Positions 30,026 to 38,998 of a stretch of DNA of 43,672 nucleotides are shown here, piece after piece. Position 1 is the first letter of the stretch. Every line of letters starts with the position of its first letter. Under the pieces are notes generated by a model. It did not search any database. It worked only from the letters and a program-made list of their open reading frames with translations, and was not told where the DNA came from. The stretch spans positions 1 through 43,672 of the forward strand of contig JAWOIL010000037.1 of the NCBI GenBank assembly GCA_046484635.1, read 5' to 3'. The translations under genes were made by a program, and so were the position numbers. This stretch comes from Trueperaceae bacterium. Its GTDB lineage: Bacteria > Deinococcota > Deinococci > Deinococcales > Trueperaceae.

Positions 30026-30694
30026 GTGGCAGGCGAACGCATCCTCATCGTGGAAGACGAAGCCCGCATCGCCCGGGTGCTGGAACGGTACCTGCGAGCG
30101 GAGGGGTTCCAGGTCGAGACCGCCGGAGACGGCCGTCGCGCGCTGGAACTGTGGCGCGCTGCCAACCCCGACCTGATCCTGTTGGACCTGATGATCCCGG
30201 CAGTGGACGGCCTCTCGGTGGCGCGCCAAGTGCGGCGCGCCTCGTCGGTGCCCATCATCATGGTCACCGCGAAGGTCGAGGAGGTCGACCGCCTGGTGGG
30301 CCTGGAACTGGGCGCGGACGACTACGTGGCCAAGCCGTTCAGCCCGCGCGAGGTCGTGGCGCGCGTCAAGGCGGTGCTGCGGCGCGCGGCGGGACAGGTG
30401 CGTAGCGCCGAGCATTACGCCGTAGGTGACCTGTTCATCGACATGGACGCCTTCCAGGCGCGCTGCGCCGATCACGCGCTCGACCTGAGCCCTACCCAAC
30501 TGCGCATGTTGGCGACCATGGCGGCACAGCCCGGCAAGGCGTTCCGCCGCCAGGAACTGCTGGAGGGCAACGTCGACGGATTCGCCGACGAGCGCACGGT
30601 CGACGCGCACGTCAAGAACCTGAGGCGCAGGATGGGGACCTGCGGAGCCCTGCTCGAGACGGTGCGCGGCGTGGGATACCGCCTAAGGCCATGA
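30026..30694 (+). CDS. OmpR-family response regulator
   Basis: 222 aa, GTG start. REC (ILIVEDE, DLILLDLMIP, KP) plus trans_reg_C wHTH (VKNLRRRM..VRGVGYRL). Confidence 0.9.
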   Translation: MAGERILIVEDEARIARVLERYLRAEGFQVETAGDGRRALELWRAANPDLILLDLMIPAVDGLSVARQVRRASSVPIIMVTAKVEEVDRLVGLELGADDYVAKPFSPREVVARVKAVLRRAAGQVRSAEHYAVGDLFIDMDAFQARCADHALDLSPTQLRMLATMAAQPGKAFRRQELLEGNVDGFADERTVDAHVKNLRRRMGTCGALLETVRGVGYRLRP

Positions 30695-31830
30695 GCCTCA
30701 AGATGCGTTTCATCGTGGCCGTGGCGCTGACGGCGTTGTTCTCCGTGACGCTGACCGGGTTCCTAAGTTATCGGGCGGCCGGCGAGCACGTGCCGCGCGC
30801 CTTCGGCCGCATGTGGACGGCTCGCTTCGGGGCCGCCGCGGACGAGCGCCAGACTCCGATGGGCGCGGAACTCGCGTCGGAGGAACTGCTGGGAACGTTG
30901 CGACGCGCGACCATCCAAGCGGCCGCCATCGCGATGGCGGTCGCTGCGGCCGCAGGCGGATGGCTGGCGATCCGCACCAGCAAGCCGATCGACCGCCTGG
31001 CCGAGGTGACGCGGCGCCACGGCGCCGGGGAGCGGGACTTGCGTGCCGACGTGCACGGTCCCAACGAGGTCGCAGAACTCGCGCGGGTGTTCAACACGGC
31101 CGCAGACCAGATCCGCGACGAGGAGGAGCAGCGCAAGCGATTCACTACCGACGTGGCGCACGAGTTGCGCACACCCCTCACCATCTTGAAGAGCGAGCTC
31201 GAGGCGATCCAGGACGGGTTGATGCAAGCCGACCCCGAGAACGTCGGCCAGCTACTGCAGCAGGTCGACCTGCTCACGCGGCTGGTCCAGGATCTGCGCA
31301 CGCTGACGCTGGCGGAAGCCGGAGAGTTGTCGCTGGAACGCAACCCGATCGACCTCGGGTCCTTGGTGACGAGTGCCCTCGGGGCCTTCACGTCGAGGGC
31401 GTCGACGGCAGAGGTGCTGCTGGAATCGACCGTCCAACCTGACGTGCTAGTAGCGGGCGACGGCGAGCGCCTGCTGCAGGTGATCAACGCGCTGATGGAC
31501 AACGCCCTCCGTCACGTGCCGGAAGGGGGGCGCATCGACGTCGACGTGCGCCGTAGGGCAACCGCCACGGACGAAGGCGCTGCCCTCGAGAGTGCCGTCG
31601 TCAGCGTGTGCGACGACGGTCCGGGCGTGCCGGAAGAGCACCTGCAGCATCTCTTCCAGCGCTTCTACCGCGCCGATCCCGCTCGGTCGCGGGCGTCCGG
31701 CGGTTCGGGCCTCGGCTTGGCGATCGTGGCGGCCATCGTGGCGCTGCATGGGGGCTCGGTCGAGGCGACCGCAAGACCTGGCGGTGGCACCTGCTTCTGC
31801 GTCTGGTTGCCCGCGACAGGTGCGCGCTGA
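30691..31830 (+). CDS. sensor histidine kinase (2 TM, HAMP, HisKA, HATPase_c)
   Basis: ATGA overlap with the response regulator. H-box VAHELRTPLT, N-box NALRH, DDGPGVP, GGSGLGLAIV. Confidence 0.9.
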   Translation: MSLKMRFIVAVALTALFSVTLTGFLSYRAAGEHVPRAFGRMWTARFGAAADERQTPMGAELASEELLGTLRRATIQAAAIAMAVAAAAGGWLAIRTSKPIDRLAEVTRRHGAGERDLRADVHGPNEVAELARVFNTAADQIRDEEEQRKRFTTDVAHELRTPLTILKSELEAIQDGLMQADPENVGQLLQQVDLLTRLVQDLRTLTLAEAGELSLERNPIDLGSLVTSALGAFTSRASTAEVLLESTVQPDVLVAGDGERLLQVINALMDNALRHVPEGGRIDVDVRRRATATDEGAALESAVVSVCDDGPGVPEEHLQHLFQRFYRADPARSRASGGSGLGLAIVAAIVALHGGSVEATARPGGGTCFCVWLPATGAR

Positions 31831-32127
31831 TGGCCCACGCGCGCTCGACGTCCGCGCCCGGCCCCATCGTGGCGGCGACGTGCCCGCCGTTCCCGCGCGC
31901 CTTCATGGAGACGAACCTTCGCGAGCCCGGCCCCGTCGACCCATCGGCACCTACAGCGCCGACCGTCTTCATGAAGACCTCACGGCCCGTTCCGGCGGCC
32001 TCGGTATTCATGAAGATGCCCCGCACGACGCGGGGCGGACACACGACCCGCACCGCGTCCTGCATCGCGTACTCGTTCGGGGTCGCGTCCTGGATGACGA
32101 CCCACACCACGGAGGAGGAGCAAGATC

Positions 32128-32466
32128 ATGGCACAAGCCGACCTGGAACGTGAACTGAGCAGCCTGAAGAAGGAACTCACCAAGCTGCAGTCCGACATGG
32201 GGAAGTTGGCCGAGGACAGTAGTTCTGCCGCCAAGCAGGCGGCCAGCACGGCCCAGGAAGCGGCCGCCGCTGCCTACGAGAAGCTCGAGAACGAAGCGCA
32301 GAAGCTCTTCGCCAGCGCCAAGAGCGCCGGCCAGGGTGCCGTGAAGACCGGCGAGGAGGCCGTCGCAGGCGTCGAACGGACGATCAAGGAGCATCCCCTC
32401 GCCAGCGCGGCCGTCGCGCTCGGCGCCGGGTTCGTGCTGGGTTCGCTGCTCAGCCGTCGTCGCTGA
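32128..32466 (+). CDS. DUF883 family protein (ElaB/YqjD/YgaM-like membrane-anchored, ribosome-associated stress protein)
   Basis: 111 aa. Coiled N-terminal part, C-terminal HPLASAAVALGAGFVLGSLLSRRR anchor typical of DUF883. Strong GGAGGAGGAG Shine-Dalgarno. Confidence 0.68.
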   Translation: MAQADLERELSSLKKELTKLQSDMGKLAEDSSSAAKQAASTAQEAAAAAYEKLENEAQKLFASAKSAGQGAVKTGEEAVAGVERTIKEHPLASAAVALGAGFVLGSLLSRRR

Positions 32467-32481
32467 GGAAGGGGCCGAAAC

Positions 32482-32793
32482 GTGATCGAGCGCCTGGTCC
32501 GCGTTCTGCTTGCCTTCGTCGAACTGCTTGAGGCCGAGTCGCAGCGCCTCGCGCTCGGCACGCGCAAGCTTCTCGCCACTGGCGCCGTCGTCATCATCGG
32601 CGCGTTGGTCGCGGGCGGGGCGTTGATGGTGGGGAGCGCCTTCCTACTCTGGTCGTACTACGCGACCCTGCTTCCTCACTTCGGCGTGCCGCTGGCTGCG
32701 CTCACGGTGGGCCTCAGCATCTGGATCGTGATCGGGGGTGGAACATGGCTGGCTCTGCGCAAGATGCGGCAGGAGCGACCGTCCGCGTCCTGA
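32482..32793 (+). CDS. YqjE-like small inner-membrane protein (holin-X / phage holin 3_6-like family)
   Basis: 103 aa, GTG start 15 nt after the DUF883 stop. Two hydrophobic helices. Gene order matches the E. coli yqjD-yqjE-yqjK arrangement. Confidence 0.5.
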   Translation: MIERLVRVLLAFVELLEAESQRLALGTRKLLATGAVVIIGALVAGGALMVGSAFLLWSYYATLLPHFGVPLAALTVGLSIWIVIGGGTWLALRKMRQERPSAS

Positions 32794-33107
32794 CCGCGAA
32801 GGCTCGCCTGGTCGAGCTCGCGATCGAGGCGGAGGCGGCCCCCGGTCCGGTGGAGCGCGCGGCCGACGCCGTACGCGCCCATCCATGGCGAGGCGTGGCC
32901 CTCGCCCTGGTCGCCGGCGCCATCCTTGGCGCAGCCCCCAAACGATCCTCCAGCGTCGCGCGGCCGTTCATGACGCCCCTGATGGGGTTCGCGACCGACC
33001 TGGCGTTACGCGCGCTAGGTGGCGAACCGCGGGCAGACGGCGCGACAACGGCCGGTCACGCGGCGGATTCTCCGTTCGGGAGCACTTCGACCGGATCGGA
33101 GGGGTAG
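32745..33107 (+). CDS. YqjK-like hypothetical protein
   Basis: 120-aa ORF overlapping the previous gene by 49 nt. Charged N-terminus plus a hydrophobic helix (WRGVALALVAGAILGA). Start uncertain. Confidence 0.3.
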   Translation: MAGSAQDAAGATVRVLTAKARLVELAIEAEAAPGPVERAADAVRAHPWRGVALALVAGAILGAAPKRSSSVARPFMTPLMGFATDLALRALGGEPRADGATTAGHAADSPFGSTSTGSEG

Positions 33108-33156
33108 TAGGCCGCAACCGCGCGAGCGCGGCAGCGATGCACCTACCGTAGCGACC

Positions 33157-34386
33157 ATGCGCGAAGCCTTGAAGGTCGTCTGGGCGAACCCGTACGTGAA
33201 GGTCCTGGTGGCCGTCTTGGGCCTGGTGGCCGCCTACCTGGCGTTCCGCGCCACCCAGCCGGCCGGCACGCTCTTCCTGGTGGCGTACGCCCTGGCGCAT
33301 CTCGCGAACCCGCTGGTCGAACAGCTCGAGAAGCGCGGCGCCCGCAGGCCGTTCGGCGTGGCGCTGGCCGCCATGCTGGTGGTCGGCGTCATGTGGACCG
33401 TTTCGCAGCTCAGCGTCAACGCACTCACCAGCACCTTCACCGAGGGCGAGGACGGCGTCACGCTCACCGAGTCCGCCACCGAGTGGTTCGTGGAATTGCC
33501 AGACAACCTAGAGCGCCTGCTCTCCCCTGCGTTGTTTCGCGTGCTGGCGGGCCCGTTCGGTTCCCTAGCCGATGTCCTCGAGCGCCTCGGGGGCCTCCTC
33601 GAACCGCAGATGGAGACCATCACGTCGACGATGCTGGGCATCGTCACGGGCACGGTCTCCAGCATGTTCCAGGCGGGCGTGGTGTTGATGCTCACCATCT
33701 ACCTGCTGCACGATTACCACCGCATCAACGGCGCACTGTTCGAAGCCATCCCGTTGCGGTACAAGGACCGCGTTCGCGCCCTGGCCACCACCATGGACGA
33801 GACCGTCGGCGCTTACGTGCGCGGACAACTCCTCGTGGCGGGGATGGTGGGTGTGCTTGTCGGCGTGGGCCTGACCATCATCGGGCTACCGCTGGCGGGG
33901 TTCATCGGTCTGCTCGCCGGCCTCTTGAACATCGTGCCGTTCCTCGGTTCGGTGGCGCCCGCCATCCCCGCGGTGATCATCGCGCTCGCGGGCGGTTGGT
34001 TGCAGGTGGCGTTGGTGGTCGCGGTGTTCGTCATCGCGAACCAGATCGACAACCACGTGCTGACGCCGCTGGTGCTGGCGAAGGCCACCACGTTGCATCC
34101 GGTCACGGTCGTGCTGGCGGTGATCGCGGGCTTCGCCTTGGCGGGGTTCGTGGGGTCGATCGTGGCGGTGCCGGCGGTCGCCTTCGCCAAAGCGGTGTAC
34201 ACCGAGCACATCCGCCGGAGTCCGATCTACCTTGCCATCGAGACACCAGATCTTCCCATCGCACCCCACCGTTCCAACGGGCGCGATGGTTCCATCGGGC
34301 CCGACCGTTCCACCGCACCCGACCAGGCGAACGAGACCGACCTCGCCACCGATACGTCCGACGGCCACACGCGCGATCGCGCCTAA
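33157..34386 (+). CDS. AI-2E family transporter (PerM/YdiK/TqsA-like permease)
   Basis: Start at MREALKVVW (TACCGT hexamer 7 nt upstream). About 8 TM helices and a conserved IIGLPLAGFIGLLAGLLNIVPFLG region. Track ORF 33019 has a spurious N-terminal extension. Confidence 0.82.
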   Translation: MREALKVVWANPYVKVLVAVLGLVAAYLAFRATQPAGTLFLVAYALAHLANPLVEQLEKRGARRPFGVALAAMLVVGVMWTVSQLSVNALTSTFTEGEDGVTLTESATEWFVELPDNLERLLSPALFRVLAGPFGSLADVLERLGGLLEPQMETITSTMLGIVTGTVSSMFQAGVVLMLTIYLLHDYHRINGALFEAIPLRYKDRVRALATTMDETVGAYVRGQLLVAGMVGVLVGVGLTIIGLPLAGFIGLLAGLLNIVPFLGSVAPAIPAVIIALAGGWLQVALVVAVFVIANQIDNHVLTPLVLAKATTLHPVTVVLAVIAGFALAGFVGSIVAVPAVAFAKAVYTEHIRRSPIYLAIETPDLPIAPHRSNGRDGSIGPDRSTAPDQANETDLATDTSDGHTRDRA

Positions 34387-34458
34387 CCCCGTGGTTACCG
34401 AGATGGCGCGCCGCGGCGCCCTCTCGGTACACGAGCGCCAGGATTGCAGAACCCCTAA

Positions 34459-37106
34459 ACGCGGCCGCGGCTCTCGTCCAACGCGCGCAATAGTGCCGAA
34501 CGCCTCCTGGCCGAAGACCCACTGGACGAGGAGGCCGTCCAGGAGCTCTTGCGCGCCCATCTTGCGGCGGGCGACCGACGGAACGCGGAGGCAGCGTGGA
34601 ACGCCTTCCGCGTGCGGCTCGCCGACGAACTGGGCCTCGAGCCGTTGGAATCGAGCCAAGCGCTGGCCGCGGCACTGGCGGAGCAGGAACCGGTTGGCGC
34701 TCTACCCGCGCCGACCACGCCGTTCGTCGGCCGTCGCGCCGAGCTCGCGCGCCTCGGCGAACTCCTGATCGACGACCAGGTCCGCCTCGTCTCGCTGATC
34801 GGCTTGGGAGGCAGCGGCAAGACCCGCTTGGCACTCGAAGCCGCCCGGAGCGTGGCGGACCGCTTCCGCGAAGGGCGTGGTTCGTGCCTTTGGTCGGCGT
34901 CACGTCCCCGGAGGCCCTCGTCCCCGCTATCGGCGCGGCCATCGGTTTGGCGTTCGCCGGACCGAGCCCGCTCGACGTCCAGCTCTTCGACGATCTGCGG
35001 CGGAAGGAGATGCTGCTGATCCTCGACAACTTCGAGGACCTCGTCACGACGTCGGCGGTGTCGACGCTAGCGGCGTTGCTGGAGACGTCGCCGGACCTTC
35101 GCCTGCTGGTGACGTCGCGCTCCGCGCTTCACCTGGGAGCCGAGACGCTCTTCGACGTCGACGGTTTGCCGTTCCCGGCGGCGGAGGACGATGCGCCCGC
35201 CAAGTTCGACGCCGTCCGCTTGTTCGCCGACCGCGCCGCGCGACTTTCTCAGTCGTTCGTACTGGACGGCGAAACCCTCGCTGCCGTGGCGGAGGTGACG
35301 CGCGCGGTCGAGGGCTTGCCGCTGGCGTTGGAACTGGCCGCGACGTGGATCAGGACCTTGGGTACGCGTGAGATCGCCCTCGAGGTTCGCTCGAATCCGG
35401 AGGTCTTGTCCGGTCGAGCGGGCGACCTTCCCGAGCGGCAACGCAGCATCGCCCGCGTGCTCGGCACCACCTTCGAGCGTCTGGGCGAGCGCGAACGCGA
35501 AGCCGTCGGCCGCCTCGCGCTCTTCCGTGGCGGCTTCACCCGGGAAGCAGCGGAACGCGTTGCCGGCGTGCATTTGGCCATGCTGTTGTCGCTCATCAAC
35601 CATGCGCTGCTGCGCCGCGGTCAGGACGGCCGCTACGGCATGCACGAGCTGGTGAGGCAGTACGCGGCCGGTGACCTCGATGCGTCGACCCGGCCGGGGA
35701 TCAGGGCCGCCATCGCTCGGTACTACCTCGAGATGGTGCGCGAGACGGCGCCCGACCTGCGCGGTGCCGGCTACCGATCGGCGCGGAAGCGCGTCCTGGC
35801 CGAGATCGACAACGTCCGCCTGGCGACGGAGGTGGCGCTCGCCGACGATCCCGGGCTGTTGGCGGACGTCGCCGGCCCGCTGCGCGCGCTGTTCCTCGAC
35901 CTCGGGTACACGGCCGAAGCCGGTGACCTCTTCGAGGCACTGTTGGCCCGCTACGATGCCGGTGCCCACCCCGATGGCGAGGTCGTCGAGGCGCGTGTCG
36001 CGCTCCAGAGTGCGAGTGTCTCGTTCCGGGTCGGGCGCATCGCGCAGGGTTGGGACGTCCTACGGCGCGTGCTACCGGTGCTCCGCCGCATGGGTACGCC
36101 GAGCGACCTCATCGCCGCCCTGAACTGGTCTGCCACTACCGCCCGTCTGCTCGGCGACCACGACGAAGCTGCGCGCTTCGCCGGCGAGTCCCTGGCGCTG
36201 TCGCGAAACCACGGGAACGACCTGGAGCGTTCGGACGCGCTGTTCGTCGCCGCCACCGTCCGGGTCGACTCGGGCGCCGTCGACGAGGCCATCGAGCTCC
36301 TGGCCGAGTCGGCCGCCTTGCGGCGCGCGCACGGTGACGAAATCGGAGCGTTGGACGCCGACGTTCCGCGCGCACAGGTGCTCCTGCGGGACAAGGGAGA
36401 CGTAGCGGCCGCGCGGCCGATCCTCGAGTCCGCCCTCGAGAAGGTGCGCCACCTCGGCGTCCCCCGTCTCGAGGGCAACGTGATCTCCACCCTCGCGGTG
36501 CTCGCCATGCGGCGAGGCGACCCCGACGAGAGCGAGCGGTTGCACCGGGCGTCGCTCGCCGTGGCGCGCGCTTCGGGGAACCGGCACCATCAAGTGGTCT
36601 CGATGAACAACCTCGCGGGCGCCCTCAACGCGTTGGGCCGCTACGAGGAAGCACGGGACCAGTTGCTCGCATCGTCCGCGCTCTGCGCGGAGGTCGGAGT
36701 GCCGGACGCGCAGGTGCAGGCCTCGTTCCTGTTGGCCGACAACGCGCGCTTGCGCGGCGTGGAGTCCGAGGCGTGGCGGAACTTCGCATCGGCGTTGCGG
36801 ACCGCGAGCCTCCATCCCGTGCCTGGTCACGCCATCACCCAAGGACTGGCGCTGCTCGCGAAGATGCACGATCTCGTCGGTGACCACGACCGCGCGTCCG
36901 AGTTGCGCGGCTTCCTGATCGAGCACCCGGAGACCTCCGCGCCGCTTCGTGCGCAGCTTGCCAGGGACCAGGATCGCGCTCGCGCCGGTGTTGACGGCGG
37001 ACGAAAGAGACGAGCAGCGCGTGGCCGTGCCACGGACTTGCCCGCCATGCTCGCGCAACAACTGGCGCTGGCCGAGGCCGCCTCGGCGAACGACCCAGCC
37101 GCCTGA
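34459..37106 (+). pseudogene. AfsR/SARP-like STAND regulator remnant: C-terminal part of BTAD + NB-ARC (P-loop) + TPR, N-terminally truncated and frameshifted
   Basis: In-frame TAA at about 34456 limits the 5' end. Only the last ~50 aa of a BTAD domain are present (LLAEDPLDEEAVQELLRAHLAAGDRRNAEAAWNAFRVRLADELGLEP). Walker A GLGGSGKTRLA is in frame A and the continuation AWFVPLVGVTSPEAL is in frame A+2. The switch lies at a GGG run near 34873-34875, where one more G would restore the frame. Downstream 740 codons carry NB-ARC/TPR-like helical repeats. Confidence 0.6.
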
Positions 37107-37141
37107 AACGCTGTTGACACGCCTGCTTCGCACCCTGAGGC

Positions 37142-37357
37142 ATGCGCGAGGAGATGCTCATCCACGGCTACGTGCTACGGATCGCAGTCGTCCGCCATCG
37201 TTGGCGGATCACGTTGTTCGACCCACACGGCGGGAAAGTCCGGGCGTTCGACTCGTTCCTCGCGTTGTCCGAGTTCCTCGAGCGGTCGTCGACCGCGCCT
37301 TCGACGCCCCGCGCGACGGGCGCCCTTCTGAACGAAGCGGATGGCGGTGAAACCTGA
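37142..37357 (+). CDS. hypothetical small protein
   Basis: 71-aa ORF with GC3-rich codons and non-repetitive sequence (MREEMLIHGYVLRIAVVRHRWRITLFDPHGGKVRAFDSFLALSEFLER). No convincing Shine-Dalgarno or -10 hexamer. Could be spurious. Confidence 0.25.
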   Translation: MREEMLIHGYVLRIAVVRHRWRITLFDPHGGKVRAFDSFLALSEFLERSSTAPSTPRATGALLNEADGGET

Positions 37358-37502
37358 GCGGGGACGAACCCGAAGAAGGTGGCGGGGCGGGGAACGAACG
37401 GGCGCTGCCGTCACGTGCGCCATCGATGCCGGTAATGTATGGGGCAGCGCAGGCGTCCTCGCCACCCACGCGGCGCGGACGCCGGAACCTCGAGGTACCT
37501 CC

Positions 37503-38360
37503 ATGACCAACACCCGCATCGTGACCATCGCCGTTCTCGTCGTGCTCGCCGCGGCGGTCGTGTTCGGCAGTTTCTTCACCGTCGACCAGGGCTACCGAGG
37601 CGTCGTGCTGCGCTTCGGGGCGGTCGCGCGGATCGCTGAGCCGGGCTTGGGCATGAAGGTGCCGCTGCTCGACCGGGTGGTCTTGCTGCGCACGCAGACG
37701 AACTCCAAGGTCTACGAACGGATGGAAGCCTACTCGCGAGACCAGCAGTTGGCCGAGATGCGCATGTCGGTCACGTACCGCCTCGTCCCCGAGACGGTCG
37801 GTGAGCTCTATGCCCAGTACGGCAGCGAAGAGGGGATGCTGAACCGCTTGATCGACCGTCGCGTGAACGAACTGACCAAGACCGTGTTCGGCCAGTTCAA
37901 CGCCGTCGAGGCGATCCAACAGCGCGGCATGTTGAACCAGCAGATCTCCGACGCCATCACGGCCGTCATCGACCCCACGATCGTGATCATCGAGAGCATC
38001 CAGGTCGAGGACATCGCCTTCAGCAGCGCCTACGAGCAGTCGGTGGAGGCCCGCATGATGGCTGAAGTCGAGGTGCAGCGCCGCGCGCAAGAGCTCGAAC
38101 AGCAGCGTATCCAGGCACAGATCGTGGTGACGCAGGCGCAAGGCGCGGCCGACGCTCGGGTCGCGGAGGCCAAGGCGCAGGCGGAGGCCACGCGCCTCGC
38201 CGGGGACGCCGAGGCGCACGCCATCCGCGTGCGAGGCGAAGCCCTGCGCGACAACCCTGATCTGATCCGCCTGGTCACCGCCGAGCGCTGGGACGGCATC
38301 CTGCCCACCACGATGCTGCCGGGCGGGACGATCCCGTTCGTCGACATTACGGGTCCGTGA
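37503..38360 (+). CDS. SPFH/band-7 (prohibitin/HflC-like) domain membrane protein
   Basis: Start MTNTRIV (GAGGT upstream). N-terminal TM helix, then SPFH core (VDQGYRGVVLRFG, long coiled-coil QAQGAADARVAEAKAQAEATRLAGDAEA). Confidence 0.85.
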   Translation: MTNTRIVTIAVLVVLAAAVVFGSFFTVDQGYRGVVLRFGAVARIAEPGLGMKVPLLDRVVLLRTQTNSKVYERMEAYSRDQQLAEMRMSVTYRLVPETVGELYAQYGSEEGMLNRLIDRRVNELTKTVFGQFNAVEAIQQRGMLNQQISDAITAVIDPTIVIIESIQVEDIAFSSAYEQSVEARMMAEVEVQRRAQELEQQRIQAQIVVTQAQGAADARVAEAKAQAEATRLAGDAEAHAIRVRGEALRDNPDLIRLVTAERWDGILPTTMLPGGTIPFVDITGP

Positions 38361-38917
38361 GCTCAGGACACCGCACAGGCTTCGGCCTGCTTGGTTGGTT
38401 CACGCTGTTGTTGCTGCTCGTGCTCGCCGTCGGCATGCGCAACCGGCTGGCTTGGCTGCTGTTGATCGTCTACGTGGTGCTATCGCGCGTGGCGCTGATG
38501 CGCGACCGTGCAGCGCGGGAGCGGGCTGCGAACCGCGCGCGCGGGGACGCGGGTGGCGGGACGGCTGGCGGGACGGCCGGCGGGACGGCTGGCGGGACGG
38601 CTGGCGGGACTGGTGGCGGGACGCGCGGTGCAGCGGGAAGCCGAACTGGGGGCGGCACGAGCCCTGGGCCGGGCGGCGCGAGCGCAGGCGCCTCCGCTCG
38701 GCACGCGACGACACGCAAGACACCCCACGAGGTGCTGGGCGTGCCCGCGCACGCAGGCCCGGACGTGATTCGAACCGCCTACCTCGACCTCGTGCGGCAG
38801 TACCACCCGGACCGCGTTGCCAGCCTCGGACCGGAACTCCGCGCGGTGGCCGAGGCGCGCATGCGCGAGATCAACGCGGCGTACGAGGCGTTGGGCGGGC
38901 GCGGGGCCAACCGCTAA
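38357..38917 (+). CDS. membrane-anchored J-domain (DnaJ-like) protein with internal (GGTA)n repeat
   Basis: GTG start overlapping the SPFH stop (GTGA). Two TM helices, Gly-rich GGTAGGTAGGTAGGTAGGTGGGT linker, C-terminal J domain with the HPD motif (HEVLGVP...IRTAYLDLVRQYHPDRV...EINAAYEAL). Confidence 0.75.
   Translation: MSSGHRTGFGLLGWFTLLLLLVLAVGMRNRLAWLLLIVYVVLSRVALMRDRAARERAANRARGDAGGGTAGGTAGGTAGGTAGGTGGGTRGAAGSRTGGGTSPGPGGASAGASARHATTRKTPHEVLGVPAHAGPDVIRTAYLDLVRQYHPDRVASLGPELRAVAEARMREINAAYEALGGRGANR
38555..38626 (+). repeat. 6 x 12-bp tandem repeat (ggcgggacggct) within the J-domain gene
   Basis: Directly visible perfect or near-perfect 12-mers encoding (G-G-T-A)n. Coordinates by eye, +/-2. 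Confidence 0.8.
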
Positions 38918-38998
38918 CGGCGTCGTTCCCGAGCGTTGCGCCGGTCGCCGAGCGCCTGGTTCGCCTGCGAGCCCCGCGGTCGCTTCCGAAACTTTCAC

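Noticed and set aside
31601-32110. 169-aa minus-strand ORF with recurring FMKT, FMNT and FVSMKA peptides
   Set aside because: Its repetitiveness derives from the three TTCATGAAGA DNA palindromes. It overlaps the kinase 3' end and has no start signal. Interpreted as non-coding regulatory DNA.
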